Source: an uncultured virus (IMG/VR IMGVR_UViG_3300018417_002450) (taxonomy: Duplodnaviria; Heunggongvirae; Uroviricota; Caudoviricetes). From it: 64,000 nucleotides of DNA. Made by a program: the position numbers and the translations under genes. Shown here in pieces: positions 48,502-57,305 of this stretch. The notes beneath the pieces are model-generated. The model was not told the DNA's origin. It ran no database searches and was given only the letters and a program-made list of their open reading frames with translations. Positions within the stretch are counted from its first letter, which is position 1. Each line of letters begins with the position of its first letter. Location: IMG/VR virus record IMGVR_UViG_3300018417_002450. One strand, written 5' to 3'.

Positions 48502-49842
48502 ATGTCATTGATGGAGTTTACAGTGGAAGCAAATGAATATCCAATTTCAAAGGTAGCCAAAAACGAATGGTTATCCTTTGCAATGTATACTGTGGAATCT
48601 CGTGCGATTCCTAACATGATAGATGGTCTGAAACCTGTCCAAAGATTTTACCTTTATAGTTCTATACTAAACTCAAAGCGTGATTTCAAAAAGGTTTCTG
48701 CAGTAGCTGGTATTATTTCCGATTATGGTTATAATCACGGTGAAGGATCTGCCGCAGGGGCGGGGCAACTTATGGCTGCAACGTGGAATAACAATGTCTG
48801 CTTGGTCGAAGGGAGGGGTTCTTTTGGAACTCGACTAGTCCAAGAAGCAGGCGCACCACGTTATGTTTATACACGCCTCCACGAAAACTTTGATAAGTAT
48901 ATTCGTGATGTTGACCTCGCCCCTGCACACGAGGATCCTGAGCATGAACCACCTGCATTCTACTTACCAGTAATTCCACTCGTATTAACTAACGGAACCA
49001 AGGGTATTGCTACCGGCTTTGCTACAAACATCCTTCCAAGAAGCCCAGAGGACCTCTCTCGCCTCGTTCGTGAGTACTTGTTGGATGGTAATATAACCAA
49101 CAAGGCTCCAGTGACTTTCCCAGACTTTAAGGGACGAGTCGACTATGATCCAGTTGAAGATCGCCATGTAGTCTATGGCAAATACCATAAGAAAACAAAA
49201 ACAGTAATGATGATTACTGAAGTTCCTTATGGCTTTGATCGTGAGTCATATGTGAAGGTACTTGATAAGCTTGAAGATGAAGGTGATATTGTATCCTATG
49301 AAGATCTTTGCGATAAGACTGGTTTCTCATTTGAAATCAAATTAAAGCAAAACACTTCAGCTAACTGGAACGATGCTAAGATTATTTCTAAATTCAAGCT
49401 GAGTAAGCCATTAAGTGAAAACCTTACAGTAATCGGTCCGGACGGAAAGCTTCGTGAGTATGACGACGAGCGTCTTTTGATTAAAGACTTTGTTGATTTT
49501 CGCCTTGGTGTTCTACAACAGCGTATTGAGAAGCGCAGAGAAGAAGCTCAAGAAGATCTTCGTTGGTTAAATGTAAAGATGCAATTTATTCAAGCTGTAC
49601 TTGATGATCGTATCGTATTTAAAAACCGTAAGAAGAAAGATGTTGGTAATCAGATCCTACAAAACACCCATGCTGTTGAGTCTGATGTTGATAGATTGCT
49701 ACGTATTAACATCATGAGCTTGACAGATGAAATGGTAAAGGAACTAGCCAAGGAAATCAAATCAACTCAAGCAGAATTAAACTTTTGGAATAAAACTACT
49801 CCAAAGAAACAATTTGTAAAGGATCTGGAGGAAATAAATTAA
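48502..49842 (+). CDS. 52: type II topoisomerase gp52 subunit
   Basis: RAIPNMIDGLKPVQR, YNHGE, GAPRY (catalytic Tyr), GIATGFAT. Confidence 0.95.
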   Translation: MSLMEFTVEANEYPISKVAKNEWLSFAMYTVESRAIPNMIDGLKPVQRFYLYSSILNSKRDFKKVSAVAGIISDYGYNHGEGSAAGAGQLMAATWNNNVCLVEGRGSFGTRLVQEAGAPRYVYTRLHENFDKYIRDVDLAPAHEDPEHEPPAFYLPVIPLVLTNGTKGIATGFATNILPRSPEDLSRLVREYLLDGNITNKAPVTFPDFKGRVDYDPVEDRHVVYGKYHKKTKTVMMITEVPYGFDRESYVKVLDKLEDEGDIVSYEDLCDKTGFSFEIKLKQNTSANWNDAKIISKFKLSKPLSENLTVIGPDGKLREYDDERLLIKDFVDFRLGVLQQRIEKRREEAQEDLRWLNVKMQFIQAVLDDRIVFKNRKKKDVGNQILQNTHAVESDVDRLLRINIMSLTDEMVKELAKEIKSTQAELNFWNKTTPKKQFVKDLEEIN

Positions 49843-50043
49843 ATGAAGTGGTTGAAGATGTACGGTTTAAAAGATCGTAGAATTGCTGATGATGAGATGG
49901 ATTTCGACAACGATGTGTCTCCTGTTAATCGTGAAGAATTACCAGAGCCTCGTGAGTTGTCGGTAAATGAGCAATTAAACGAAATTATGTTTAGACTAGG
50001 TAAAATTGAAGCAAAACTAGAAATGCTATGCAAATTGAAGTAA
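49843..50043 (+). CDS. hypothetical protein
   Basis: ORF track, RBS. Confidence 0.55.
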   Translation: MKWLKMYGLKDRRIADDEMDFDNDVSPVNREELPEPRELSVNEQLNEIMFRLGKIEAKLEMLCKLK

Positions 50044-50417
50044 CAGATCTAGAACCAGTTTTGACAGAGCAATTTGTAAACTTTTGCTGTGAGGAGCTAG
50101 AAATATCTCCTGAAAATATTTTCGTTGAAGGATGGGATACACCTTTATTCAATAAAGCCAATGGTTTGTGTTATGAAGTAGAACATAACTACGAATATCT
50201 TATTATGGTACAAACAAAAAATCGTGATATCACTGAAATATATAATACTATAGCACATGAGATGATTCACGTAAAGCAGTTTATTAAACAAGATTTAGTC
50301 AATCACATTGAAAAAGAAAAACCAATTTATACAGAACGATGGTGGGAGAAAGAAGCAAGTTCAGAAAGTTTGAACCTTGTGAAAAAATATGTTGACATTT
50401 TGTACGAAATGGTATAG
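50028..50417 (+). CDS. zincin-like metallopeptidase (HExxH)
   Basis: TIAHEMIHVKQ...WWEKEA. Confidence 0.7.
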   Translation: MQIEVTDLEPVLTEQFVNFCCEELEISPENIFVEGWDTPLFNKANGLCYEVEHNYEYLIMVQTKNRDITEIYNTIAHEMIHVKQFIKQDLVNHIEKEKPIYTERWWEKEASSESLNLVKKYVDILYEMV

Positions 50418-50445
50418 ATTATGCTCAGAAGAAAGGATAATAATA

Positions 50446-50583
50446 ATGAGTATTATAACGTCAGCTGCTCTAATTTGCACAATTTGTGGTGGTGTAATTG
50501 GATATATTGTCGGCTATCGCCACGGTCATCAAGATACAGAAAAGGCATATAAAGATGTTTATGAAATCAAAGATTGGATTTAG
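50446..50583 (+). CDS. small membrane protein
   Basis: RBS before ATG 50446; TM helix then GYRHG. Confidence 0.5.
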   Translation: MSIITSAALICTICGGVIGYIVGYRHGHQDTEKAYKDVYEIKDWI

Positions 50584-51031
50584 TCTCATAGCTCTATTGG
50601 TAGCAACTCCTGTTTACGCTAACCAATCAGTGAGTAAAGTTAAAGTTTTCGATCATACTAAAATCATCTATAAACAAGTTCCAACAACTCAGACGTTTTG
50701 TCGAGATGTAAAAGTTCCTGTTTATGAAAATGTACAACGCAAAGGCGATGCTGCCGGTGGTGCATTAGCTGGTATGATTATTGGTGGAATCCTTGGTAAA
50801 GGAATATCTGGTAATGACGACGGCGCAGCCGCTGGTGCAGTTATCGGTGGTCTTATTGGAGCCGATAAAGGATCTAAACCAAAGAACGACCAACGAGTAG
50901 TTGGATATGAATACGTTGAAAAATGCAATAACGAAACGATTATTGAAGAAGTTAAAACAGAAGTTTATAGCCATTCAACAATTCGTTTTTATGTAGATGG
51001 AAAACGCTACGTATTGACTTTTCAAAAATAA
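50555..51031 (+). CDS. secreted glycine-zipper 2TM protein
   Basis: Signal peptide; GALAGMIIGGILG...AAAGAVIGGLIG; VVGY. Confidence 0.75.
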   Translation: MFMKSKIGFSLIALLVATPVYANQSVSKVKVFDHTKIIYKQVPTTQTFCRDVKVPVYENVQRKGDAAGGALAGMIIGGILGKGISGNDDGAAAGAVIGGLIGADKGSKPKNDQRVVGYEYVEKCNNETIIEEVKTEVYSHSTIRFYVDGKRYVLTFQK

Positions 51032-51038
51032 AGTTAAT

Positions 51039-51116
51039 GTCTCCTTAGCTCAGCTGGATTAGAGCAACAGCCTTCTAAGCTGTGGGTCGCAGGTTCGAGT
51101 CCTGCAGGGGACGCCA
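51039..51116 (+). tRNA. tRNA-Arg(UCU)
   Basis: GTCTCCT/AGGGGAC acceptor stem, ACAGC-CTTCTAA-GCTGT, GGTTCGAGT, CCA. Confidence 0.95.
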
Positions 51117-51128
51117 ATATTATAGAGG

Positions 51129-51410
51129 ATGATAATGAAAATAAATGATATCGTAACTGTACTCAGTTCCCTTGGTACAGAATATGTAGGTAAATTTAAA
51201 TCAATGGATACGAATGGCATTATGCTCGAAAATCCAAAATTGATTTCAATGTCTGAAAAAGGAATGGGATTCGCAGGCGGCATTGCTATGACAGGAAACC
51301 CAGATCCAAAGCAGGTCCTCATTAATATTAATCAAATTGTGTTTGTGACTGAAACAAACGAAGCCGTTATAAAGGCTTACCACCAAGCAACTTCAGGATT
51401 GGTAGTATAA
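51129..51410 (+). CDS. small beta-barrel protein (possibly Sm-like)
   Basis: IVTVLSSLGTEYVGK...MLENPK...AYHQATSGLVV. Confidence 0.6.
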   Translation: MIMKINDIVTVLSSLGTEYVGKFKSMDTNGIMLENPKLISMSEKGMGFAGGIAMTGNPDPKQVLININQIVFVTETNEAVIKAYHQATSGLVV

Positions 51411-51416
51411 CGAATA

Positions 51417-51501
51417 GCTCTCGTGGTGGAATGGTAGACACAAGAGACTTAAAATCTCTCGCTCACAAGGCGTCCCGGTTCGAGTCCGGGCGAGAGCACC
51501 A
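51417..51501 (+). tRNA. tRNA-Leu(UAA)
   Basis: GCTCTCG/CGAGAGC stem, AGAGA-CTTAAAA-TCTCT, long variable arm, CCA. Confidence 0.95.
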
Positions 51502-51540
51502 ACATATAAATATTCCTTTAAGGCAGTAAAGGAGAGCAAT

Positions 51541-51753
51541 ATGTTTGCTTTAATAGTAATACTGCTAACAGGATCAGTAGATGAAGTGACTATAAGAGCC
51601 ACAAATTTAGGTCTCTTTAATTCATTTCCAGAATGTTTTGCAGCCCGTGAATCTTTCTCAGCTACCGTGTTTGGAATGCCAGAAGGTTATTATCCTCCAA
51701 ACACACAAGCTGTTTGCATCCCTTTAGTAGTAAATAAAGGCGAAGGAACTTAA
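51541..51753 (+). CDS. small hypothetical protein
   Basis: AAGGAG RBS; FNSFPECF...AVCIP. Confidence 0.6.
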   Translation: MFALIVILLTGSVDEVTIRATNLGLFNSFPECFAARESFSATVFGMPEGYYPPNTQAVCIPLVVNKGEGT

Positions 51754-52277
51754 TAAATACCAGCTACTTTTTGGTAGTATGGTTCAGAACTCAATCGGCG
51801 GATGCTTAGTAACTTACTTGCTGGGTATGGTTCGATTGAGACTTTATTGCTTTGATTACCCCCAAGAACATTGTAAAATTCTTTACCTTGTATTATTGTT
51901 GTACTTACATAAAAAGCTACGTGACCTTGCCATCCATTATTTCCTCTTTCAAAGATCATAATATCACCTTGCTTTGGCTCGTCTACAACTTCGTCGCCCC
52001 AGAATAAAAAGCTTCTAGCCATTAAAGGATAATCACTGACTGCTGCTGACGTCGGGAAATCTTGTTCTAATAAGACCATATTTACAAATGCGGCGCACCA
52101 TTCAGTCGTGACTGGGTCTACACCGGTAATATCTTTAAGGGTTTGCCGGTCATTTTCTTCGGATAGACCATGCCAGTAATAGGCTTTATGGGCAAGAGTA
52201 TTGTTGTCCCTTTTTAAACTTAAAGAGGGTTCGGCGGCGCAAGCCGCGAGGGGGAGTATCAATAATAAATTCTTCAT
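51750..52277 (-). CDS. NlpC/P60-CHAP-type (TIGR02594-like) peptidoglycan hydrolase lipoprotein
   Basis: Lipobox LAAC; WCAAFVN, GHVAFY, LGGNQ; TATAAATA at 52282-52289. Confidence 0.8.
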   Translation of the reverse strand: MKNLLLILPLAACAAEPSLSLKRDNNTLAHKAYYWHGLSEENDRQTLKDITGVDPVTTEWCAAFVNMVLLEQDFPTSAAVSDYPLMARSFLFWGDEVVDEPKQGDIMIFERGNNGWQGHVAFYVSTTIIQGKEFYNVLGGNQSNKVSIEPYPASKLLSIRRLSSEPYYQKVAGIY

Positions 52278-52345
52278 GATTTATTTATAGTTGACATTTG
52301 GCTAAATATAGTGTAGAATATTAATAATTTGTAATGGAGGAATTC

Positions 52346-53218
52346 ATGAAAGTATTAGTTACTGGTGCCACTGGTTATATTGGCAGTCACGTATGTAAGT
52401 TACTCAAAGAACACGGTCATTATGTTGATGGCTGGGATACGAATATTCATGGTGAGCATAATGACATATCAGAATATGTAAATATGTTTGAAAAGGTTGA
52501 TGTGACCTGTCCTTTTGCTGTGCACGGAACATACGATGCTGTAGTACATTTGGCCGGTCGTAGTGTTGTACCACAATCGTTGAAAGAGCCAACAGAGTAT
52601 TATCGTGTAAATGCTATGGGCACATCAAACATGCTTGATAAAGTAAAAACACCAAACTTTATTTTTGCAAGTACTTCATCTGCTTGGGAAATGGCTTCGC
52701 CTTATGCCCGCAGTAAAGTAGCTGCTGAAGATATTATTAAGGAAAAAGCAGATGGTTATACTATTTTTCGTTTTTTTAATGTTTCTGGCACTGACGGAAG
52801 CAACCGTCAGCTCGGCGATCCTACTCACCTTATTCGTGTGGCTGCTATGGCTGCTGCTGGCAAATTTGCCGAAATTTCTATTTACGGCGATAATTATAGC
52901 ACTAGGGATGGTACTTGCATCCGAGATTATATCCATGTTGTAGATCTTGCTGCAGCAATCGTAAAAGCGGTTGAAAATGGTCCTACAAATACTCCTTATG
53001 AATGCCTTGGTAGTAATACAGGGTATAGTGTTCTAGAGGTTTTAGATACTATGGATAAGGTTACAGGTAAGCCACTTAAACGTAAAATGGCGGGCCGTAG
53101 AGAAGGCGACGCTGTTGCTTCTGTAGTTGATGAATTATCTGAGTATTGTACTTTAACAAAAACAATTGAAGATATGTGCCGTGATCAGTACGAATTGGAA
53201 ATAAATAGTAGTAGATAA
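52346..53218 (+). CDS. galE: UDP-glucose 4-epimerase-like
   Basis: VTGATGYIGSH, SPYARSK, FRFFNV, DGTCIRDYIHVVDLA, RREGD. Confidence 0.88.
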   Translation: MKVLVTGATGYIGSHVCKLLKEHGHYVDGWDTNIHGEHNDISEYVNMFEKVDVTCPFAVHGTYDAVVHLAGRSVVPQSLKEPTEYYRVNAMGTSNMLDKVKTPNFIFASTSSAWEMASPYARSKVAAEDIIKEKADGYTIFRFFNVSGTDGSNRQLGDPTHLIRVAAMAAAGKFAEISIYGDNYSTRDGTCIRDYIHVVDLAAAIVKAVENGPTNTPYECLGSNTGYSVLEVLDTMDKVTGKPLKRKMAGRREGDAVASVVDELSEYCTLTKTIEDMCRDQYELEINSSR

Positions 53219-53236
53219 CAATGATAGGAGGAATCT

Positions 53237-53749
53237 GTGTCTGACGTTTTGATTCTAAATGCCGACGCACAGCCTGTAAGTTATCTTCCCCTCAGCGTAA
53301 TTCAATGGAAAGAAGCAATTAAATACTTGTACCACGATAAGTGCGATGTACTTGAGTGGTATGACGATTGGCTTGTTCGGAGTCCCAGTTGGGAAACCAA
53401 AGTCCCCGCAATCATTATGATGCGTCAATATATCAAACAAAAAACAGAGGTTAGGTTTTCAAAATCTAACCTTTATTTACGAGATCAGTACACTTGTTTA
53501 TATTGCGAAGAAAAGCCAGCTAAAATGCATTTAACTATGGATCATGTATTACCAATAAGCAAAGGTGGAGAAACTCACTGGAACAATATTGTGACAGCTT
53601 GTGCAGACTGTAATTCTAGAAAAGGAAATAAAACTTACGGCTGGAAGCCAAAATACAAACCGTATAGGCCTGGATATTGGGAATTGGTTCGTAAGCGTAA
53701 ACAGCTAAATTTTACAATTAGACATCCAAGTTGGGAACAATTTATTTAA
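53237..53749 (+). CDS. HNH endonuclease (McrA-like)
   Basis: LILNAD, RDQYTCLYC, TMDHVLP, WNNIVTACADCNSRKG. Confidence 0.88.
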   Translation: MSDVLILNADAQPVSYLPLSVIQWKEAIKYLYHDKCDVLEWYDDWLVRSPSWETKVPAIIMMRQYIKQKTEVRFSKSNLYLRDQYTCLYCEEKPAKMHLTMDHVLPISKGGETHWNNIVTACADCNSRKGNKTYGWKPKYKPYRPGYWELVRKRKQLNFTIRHPSWEQFI

Positions 53750-53768
53750 AAAATAATTAAAAAAAGGG

Positions 53769-53797
53769 TTGACATTCACAGTAACTTGACTTATATT
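53769..53797 (+). promoter_or_regulatory. early sigma70-type promoter
   Basis: A tract-GGG-TTGACA-N17-TATATT. Confidence 0.72.
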
Positions 53798-53852
53798 ATT
53801 AATATGTTGAGAGGTTTTCTATCTCAGCCACTTACAAACTGGAGATTATATT

Positions 53853-54038
53853 ATGATGTTACGTGATTCTATCCAAGATGCTGAAACTGTCAAGCAACGC
53901 CTTGAAAGTTTGATTCGTCGTTCTAAGAACTATGGCAAATCTCGTGAAGATATTTTGATGGAACTTCAGTTTCTCGTAGAGGATGCTCAAAAGTCTATCA
54001 ATGAGATAGACCGCCGTATGGCTAGGGAGTATGCGTGA
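53853..54038 (+). CDS. hypothetical early protein
   Basis: GGAG RBS after the promoter. Confidence 0.6.
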   Translation: MMLRDSIQDAETVKQRLESLIRRSKNYGKSREDILMELQFLVEDAQKSINEIDRRMAREYA

Positions 54039-54247
54039 AGTGGTTGGCGACTGCCCTTTTCCTCTCAGCAGGTACCTTACTATCTCTTAATGTTGAGATA
54101 TCGCGTTTTGGGTTTTTATTGTTTTTAACAGGCCATGTGCTGCTTACCTTATATTTCCTTCAGCACAAGGACTGGGCAATGATTACTCAAAACGCGTTTT
54201 TTATTTTAATCGATATATTAGGAATATATCGTTGGTTTTTAGTTTAA
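54035..54247 (+). CDS. small multi-TM membrane protein
   Basis: Three hydrophobic segments, GIYRW. Confidence 0.65.
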   Translation: MKWLATALFLSAGTLLSLNVEISRFGFLLFLTGHVLLTLYFLQHKDWAMITQNAFFILIDILGIYRWFLV

Positions 54248-54262
54248 CAAGAAGGATACATA

Positions 54263-54400
54263 ATGGCAGCAAAAGTTGGTGTACCAGTTCGTACAAAAAA
54301 TTATAAGAAAACATCTATTGGAGGCAAAAATCTTAAACTGTCTTCTATGAATAAATCTAAAAAGAGAGCTTATAAGAAATATCGTGGACAAGGTAAGTAA
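54263..54400 (+). CDS. small very basic protein, 45 aa (not in ORF track)
   Basis: MAAKVGVPVRTKNYKKTSIGGKNLKLSSMNKSKKRAYKKYRGQGK; AAGGA RBS. Confidence 0.7.
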   Translation: MAAKVGVPVRTKNYKKTSIGGKNLKLSSMNKSKKRAYKKYRGQGK

Positions 54401-54653
54401 ACAAATTAGGCTGCGCATTCGTTTGAGTGTTGCAGCCTATGCTTATGAATTACGGAATGAATCTATAATTCCTGATAGTGAATTTGATTGCATGTGTTTA
54501 AAGGTAGAACCTGAAATAGAAACAGGCAATAAAAAGCTCGACAACTTTTTTCGTTCTGAGTTTAATCCATCTACTGGTCAGTGGATTCATAAACACCCAG
54601 AGCTACACAAAATTGCCGAGCTCTATGAAAAATTTTACATTACTCGGACTTAA
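54384..54653 (+). CDS. stand-alone LigA N-terminal (domain Ia)-like protein
   Basis: AAYAYE...SIIPDSEFD resembles Y-Y...ISDxEYD. Confidence 0.6.
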   Translation: MDKVSKQIRLRIRLSVAAYAYELRNESIIPDSEFDCMCLKVEPEIETGNKKLDNFFRSEFNPSTGQWIHKHPELHKIAELYEKFYITRT

Positions 54654-54792
54654 GTAACGTTACAACTCCCCATGCAATTGCTGCATAGGATACTAAATCA
54701 AGTGGCATCATAAGCCCCACGATACCGACTGCGATAAGCATGCCACCGTCCCACGATGTACGCTCCATTAGTCTGCTTTTAATCCATCCCAT
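54640..54792 (-). CDS. small 2-TM membrane protein
   Basis: MGWIKSRLMERTSWDG...; RBS. Confidence 0.6.
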   Translation of the reverse strand: MGWIKSRLMERTSWDGGMLIAVGIVGLMMPLDLVSYAAIAWGVVTLLKSE

Positions 54793-54793
54793 T

Positions 54794-55105
54794 TTATTTC
54801 TCCTTTTGTTTGATGATCTTGTTTCCCTGATTGGACTCAAGAACTTTAATACGTAGTTCCAGATCATCTATTTTCTTTGTTACTTTCGGATATCTTTTAC
54901 GCCAAGCTTCAGGATCATCTTGCAGCCAATCCCAGCCAAAACGATCTACCAAGTAATCCAAAAAGTTATCAAATTTTCCCATTAAATAAAGTGCTGCGTG
55001 TGTGTTACGAAACCATGCTAAAAATGCTGCTCCAAACAATGAGCCAGCGATAGCGGTATAAATCCATAGCGTATCACCAAACATTCTTGTTATCATTTCC
55101 CACAT
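54794..55105 (-). CDS. membrane protein
   Basis: LWIYTAIAGSLFGAAFLAWF TM; WRKRYP. Confidence 0.65.
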   Translation of the reverse strand: MWEMITRMFGDTLWIYTAIAGSLFGAAFLAWFRNTHAALYLMGKFDNFLDYLVDRFGWDWLQDDPEAWRKRYPKVTKKIDDLELRIKVLESNQGNKIIKQKEK

Positions 55106-55106
55106 T

Positions 55107-55814
55107 TTAGTACTCCACTTTCTCAGTACACCGCACGTAATTAGGCATACCATGATCAGCTACTGAATCAAGTATTCCAGATCTCATCCCGCGCCAACGA
55201 TCTTTGATCAATTGCCACCCAGTCATTTTACGTACGTTGCCATAAAAGTTAATATATTGAAGTTTGCCATGATGCTTATATCCCATTAATGCTAATGGTA
55301 CACGACATACAATATCGTTATTGTTTACAAAGCGCCAATGAGGCGTTGAAATATTCTTTACAAACTTGCGTGTTCCAACTCTCGGAGAACCAAACGTTGT
55401 TAGTTGATGAACATTTGTATATTCTTCAAAACGAGAAGTTGCAATAGTAGCCATTGCTGCACCGAGCGAATGACCCGTAATCATAAATCTTTTTTCGGCA
55501 TGTTTTGCATAGTGCGGCACAAGATCATTCCATAATTTATCAACTTCATCTTTAAATCCAGTATGAACTTTACCGTGAGTCATAGCTCCAGCCGGCCATG
55601 CTTTTAAGTCTGCTAATACGTCGCTAATTTCATCTGGTTCAGTACCACGAAACGCAAGAACATATTCTTCTTTATTCCATACTGCGTGGCATTGCGCTCC
55701 GTCGTTTTCAAAGAACTTATGACCTGTATAACCCAAGGCCTTCATTTTAGGTTTTGCTTGTTTTCCGTCTAAATATGCAATCTCGGCCAACTGAGCCATT
55801 TTGTTACAGATCAT
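55107..55814 (-). CDS. class 3 lipase
   Basis: LAFRGT, VHTGF, TGHSLGAA, TFGSPRVG, NNNDIVCRVP, DHGM. Confidence 0.9.
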   Translation of the reverse strand: MICNKMAQLAEIAYLDGKQAKPKMKALGYTGHKFFENDGAQCHAVWNKEEYVLAFRGTEPDEISDVLADLKAWPAGAMTHGKVHTGFKDEVDKLWNDLVPHYAKHAEKRFMITGHSLGAAMATIATSRFEEYTNVHQLTTFGSPRVGTRKFVKNISTPHWRFVNNNDIVCRVPLALMGYKHHGKLQYINFYGNVRKMTGWQLIKDRWRGMRSGILDSVADHGMPNYVRCTEKVEY

Positions 55815-56074
55815 TTTTTCCTTCCTCCCATTAGGTTTTTTCTAATATCATCCATCTCTGTTTCTCTCGTCGATTTTTTGTTTTTTCCTCGTTCCACGAC
55901 TGGTGCCGGTTCATCCACTTTTGGTGTTTCTCGTATTCCCACGGGTCGTGTTGGATAAAGATCGTTCCTGAGTTTTTCAATTCTTCTTTTGAGGTCTCGA
56001 ATTTTAAAATCAAATTCCAGCCATTTGGCAAGTTCATTGTCATCCCTTTCTTCTACCTTAAATAACCATCCCAT
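55811..56074 (-). CDS. hypothetical protein
   Basis: ORF track; ATGA overlap with the lipase start. Confidence 0.55.
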   Translation of the reverse strand: MGWLFKVEERDDNELAKWLEFDFKIRDLKRRIEKLRNDLYPTRPVGIRETPKVDEPAPVVERGKNKKSTRETEMDDIRKNLMGGRKK

Positions 56075-56220
56075 GATCGCGCATCCGTATTTGTTTTGTT
56101 TTCGTCCGGTGTTTTACAATCACATTTAACACATATGTCGTTTATACAATCATCACAATCCGGTCTATAACAGTGGCACGCATGTCCACAGCTTTTGCAC
56201 GTTCGTTTTGGTCCGATCAT
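56053..56220 (-). CDS. Cys-rich small protein, 55 aa, metallothionein-like (not in ORF track)
   Basis: MIGPKRTCKSCGHACHCYRPDCDDCINDICVKCDCKTP...; AGGAG RBS. Confidence 0.6.
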   Translation of the reverse strand: MIGPKRTCKSCGHACHCYRPDCDDCINDICVKCDCKTPDENKTNTDARSWDGYLR

Positions 56221-56229
56221 ATCTTACTC

Positions 56230-56871
56230 CTAATTTGCTAATGGGTTATCTAAAGCCTTTTGTAATTTATTCATTAATGATGTTTCTAGGTCACGCATAT
56301 CTCGTTCTACTTTATTTTCTAAATCAGTCATCCGAGTGTCACTGGATTCTCTTAATTGAGAAGCTTTATTATCATATTGATTTTGTAGCGCATCCCTTTT
56401 ATTATCAAAACGCTCTTCAGCATTTTGAATTACTTGTCTTACGTCTGCTTCTGTATCACGCACGAGCTTTTCGACACGGCGAACCTGCGAGTCCATGTTG
56501 TTAATCTGATCTCTCATATCAACTTTATTTTCTCGTGTGCGTTTTTCTAGATCATCTAATTGTTTTTGGATAGAAGCAATTTGTACTTCGAGTTCGGACT
56601 GCACATTGCCGACCAAAGTTTCGATTTCGTTATTTCGTGTTGTAATTGCATCAACATCGATATTTTGGACAATTTCTTTCATGTCCGTGTAGTCTTTGTA
56701 TACCTCAAACGCCCCGTATAGGGATCCGCCAATCGCGCCAAGTAGCGCAAAAGCAGCACCGATCGTAGTTGGTGTCATAGAAATACCAAATAACTTAAAC
56801 TTGGTATTCTTTAATTTTTCAACTTCTTCGTCAAACTGTTCGAGGCCATCCCCTAGGTCTTTACCGGCCAT
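56230..56871 (-). CDS. membrane-anchored coiled-coil protein
   Basis: TM IGAAFALLGAIGGSLYGAF; long heptads; ends ALDNPLAN. Confidence 0.75.
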   Translation of the reverse strand: MAGKDLGDGLEQFDEEVEKLKNTKFKLFGISMTPTTIGAAFALLGAIGGSLYGAFEVYKDYTDMKEIVQNIDVDAITTRNNEIETLVGNVQSELEVQIASIQKQLDDLEKRTRENKVDMRDQINNMDSQVRRVEKLVRDTEADVRQVIQNAEERFDNKRDALQNQYDNKASQLRESSDTRMTDLENKVERDMRDLETSLMNKLQKALDNPLAN

Positions 56872-56882
56872 TCAAACTCCTA

Positions 56883-57305
56883 TTAGTTTTCAAACACGTC
56901 GGTATCCTCACTAGACTCATTCAAACGACGAAGTTGCTCTAATTCTTGTTGTAATTTCAAGACTTCGAGACGCTTCTTTCTCAATTCTAATTCATACAAA
57001 TCGTTGCAATTAATTCTTTCTTTTGGCCCGTCAAGCGGAATAATAATTCTAGCATAAACACCGACATCCCTACTGCTATCAATATCGCTTCCGCCATTAA
57101 AAGGACTATTATAATTATCAATAATACCGGTAACACCAAATTCTAAATTTGTAGAGCCACCGATTGAGTTTTTACAATCAATGTCACCTGAGCGAATACT
57201 ATCTTGTCCATAGGACTGACCCATATTGGGTAATTGCAATCCAATATTGTCTGCCCACGCTGCTGGACTAAATAGTACCACCGCTAATAATATATATCTT
57301 TTCAT
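56883..57305 (-). CDS. secreted protein with beta-hairpin and C-terminal coiled coil
   Basis: Signal AWA; TNLEFGVTGII...VGVYARIIIPL; two Cys. Confidence 0.7.
   Translation of the reverse strand: MKRYILLAVVLFSPAAWADNIGLQLPNMGQSYGQDSIRSGDIDCKNSIGGSTNLEFGVTGIIDNYNSPFNGGSDIDSSRDVGVYARIIIPLDGPKERINCNDLYELELRKKRLEVLKLQQELEQLRRLNESSEDTDVFEN

Noticed and set aside
3049..49842. Introns, inteins or a gene 60-type bypass in nrdA, nrdB, 43, 41 and 39
   Set aside because: All are continuous ORFs of ordinary length
51059..51602. Minus-strand ORFs over the tRNAs
   Set aside because: Translations of tRNA antisense strands
53237..53749. HNH gene as a mobile homing endonuclease
   Set aside because: McrA-like architecture, not inserted in or beside a conserved core gene; mobility unsupported
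53746..53760. TTAA-N7-TTAA CtrA-like box
   Set aside because: Lies in a pure A/T tract and is likely by chance; no clear second site seen
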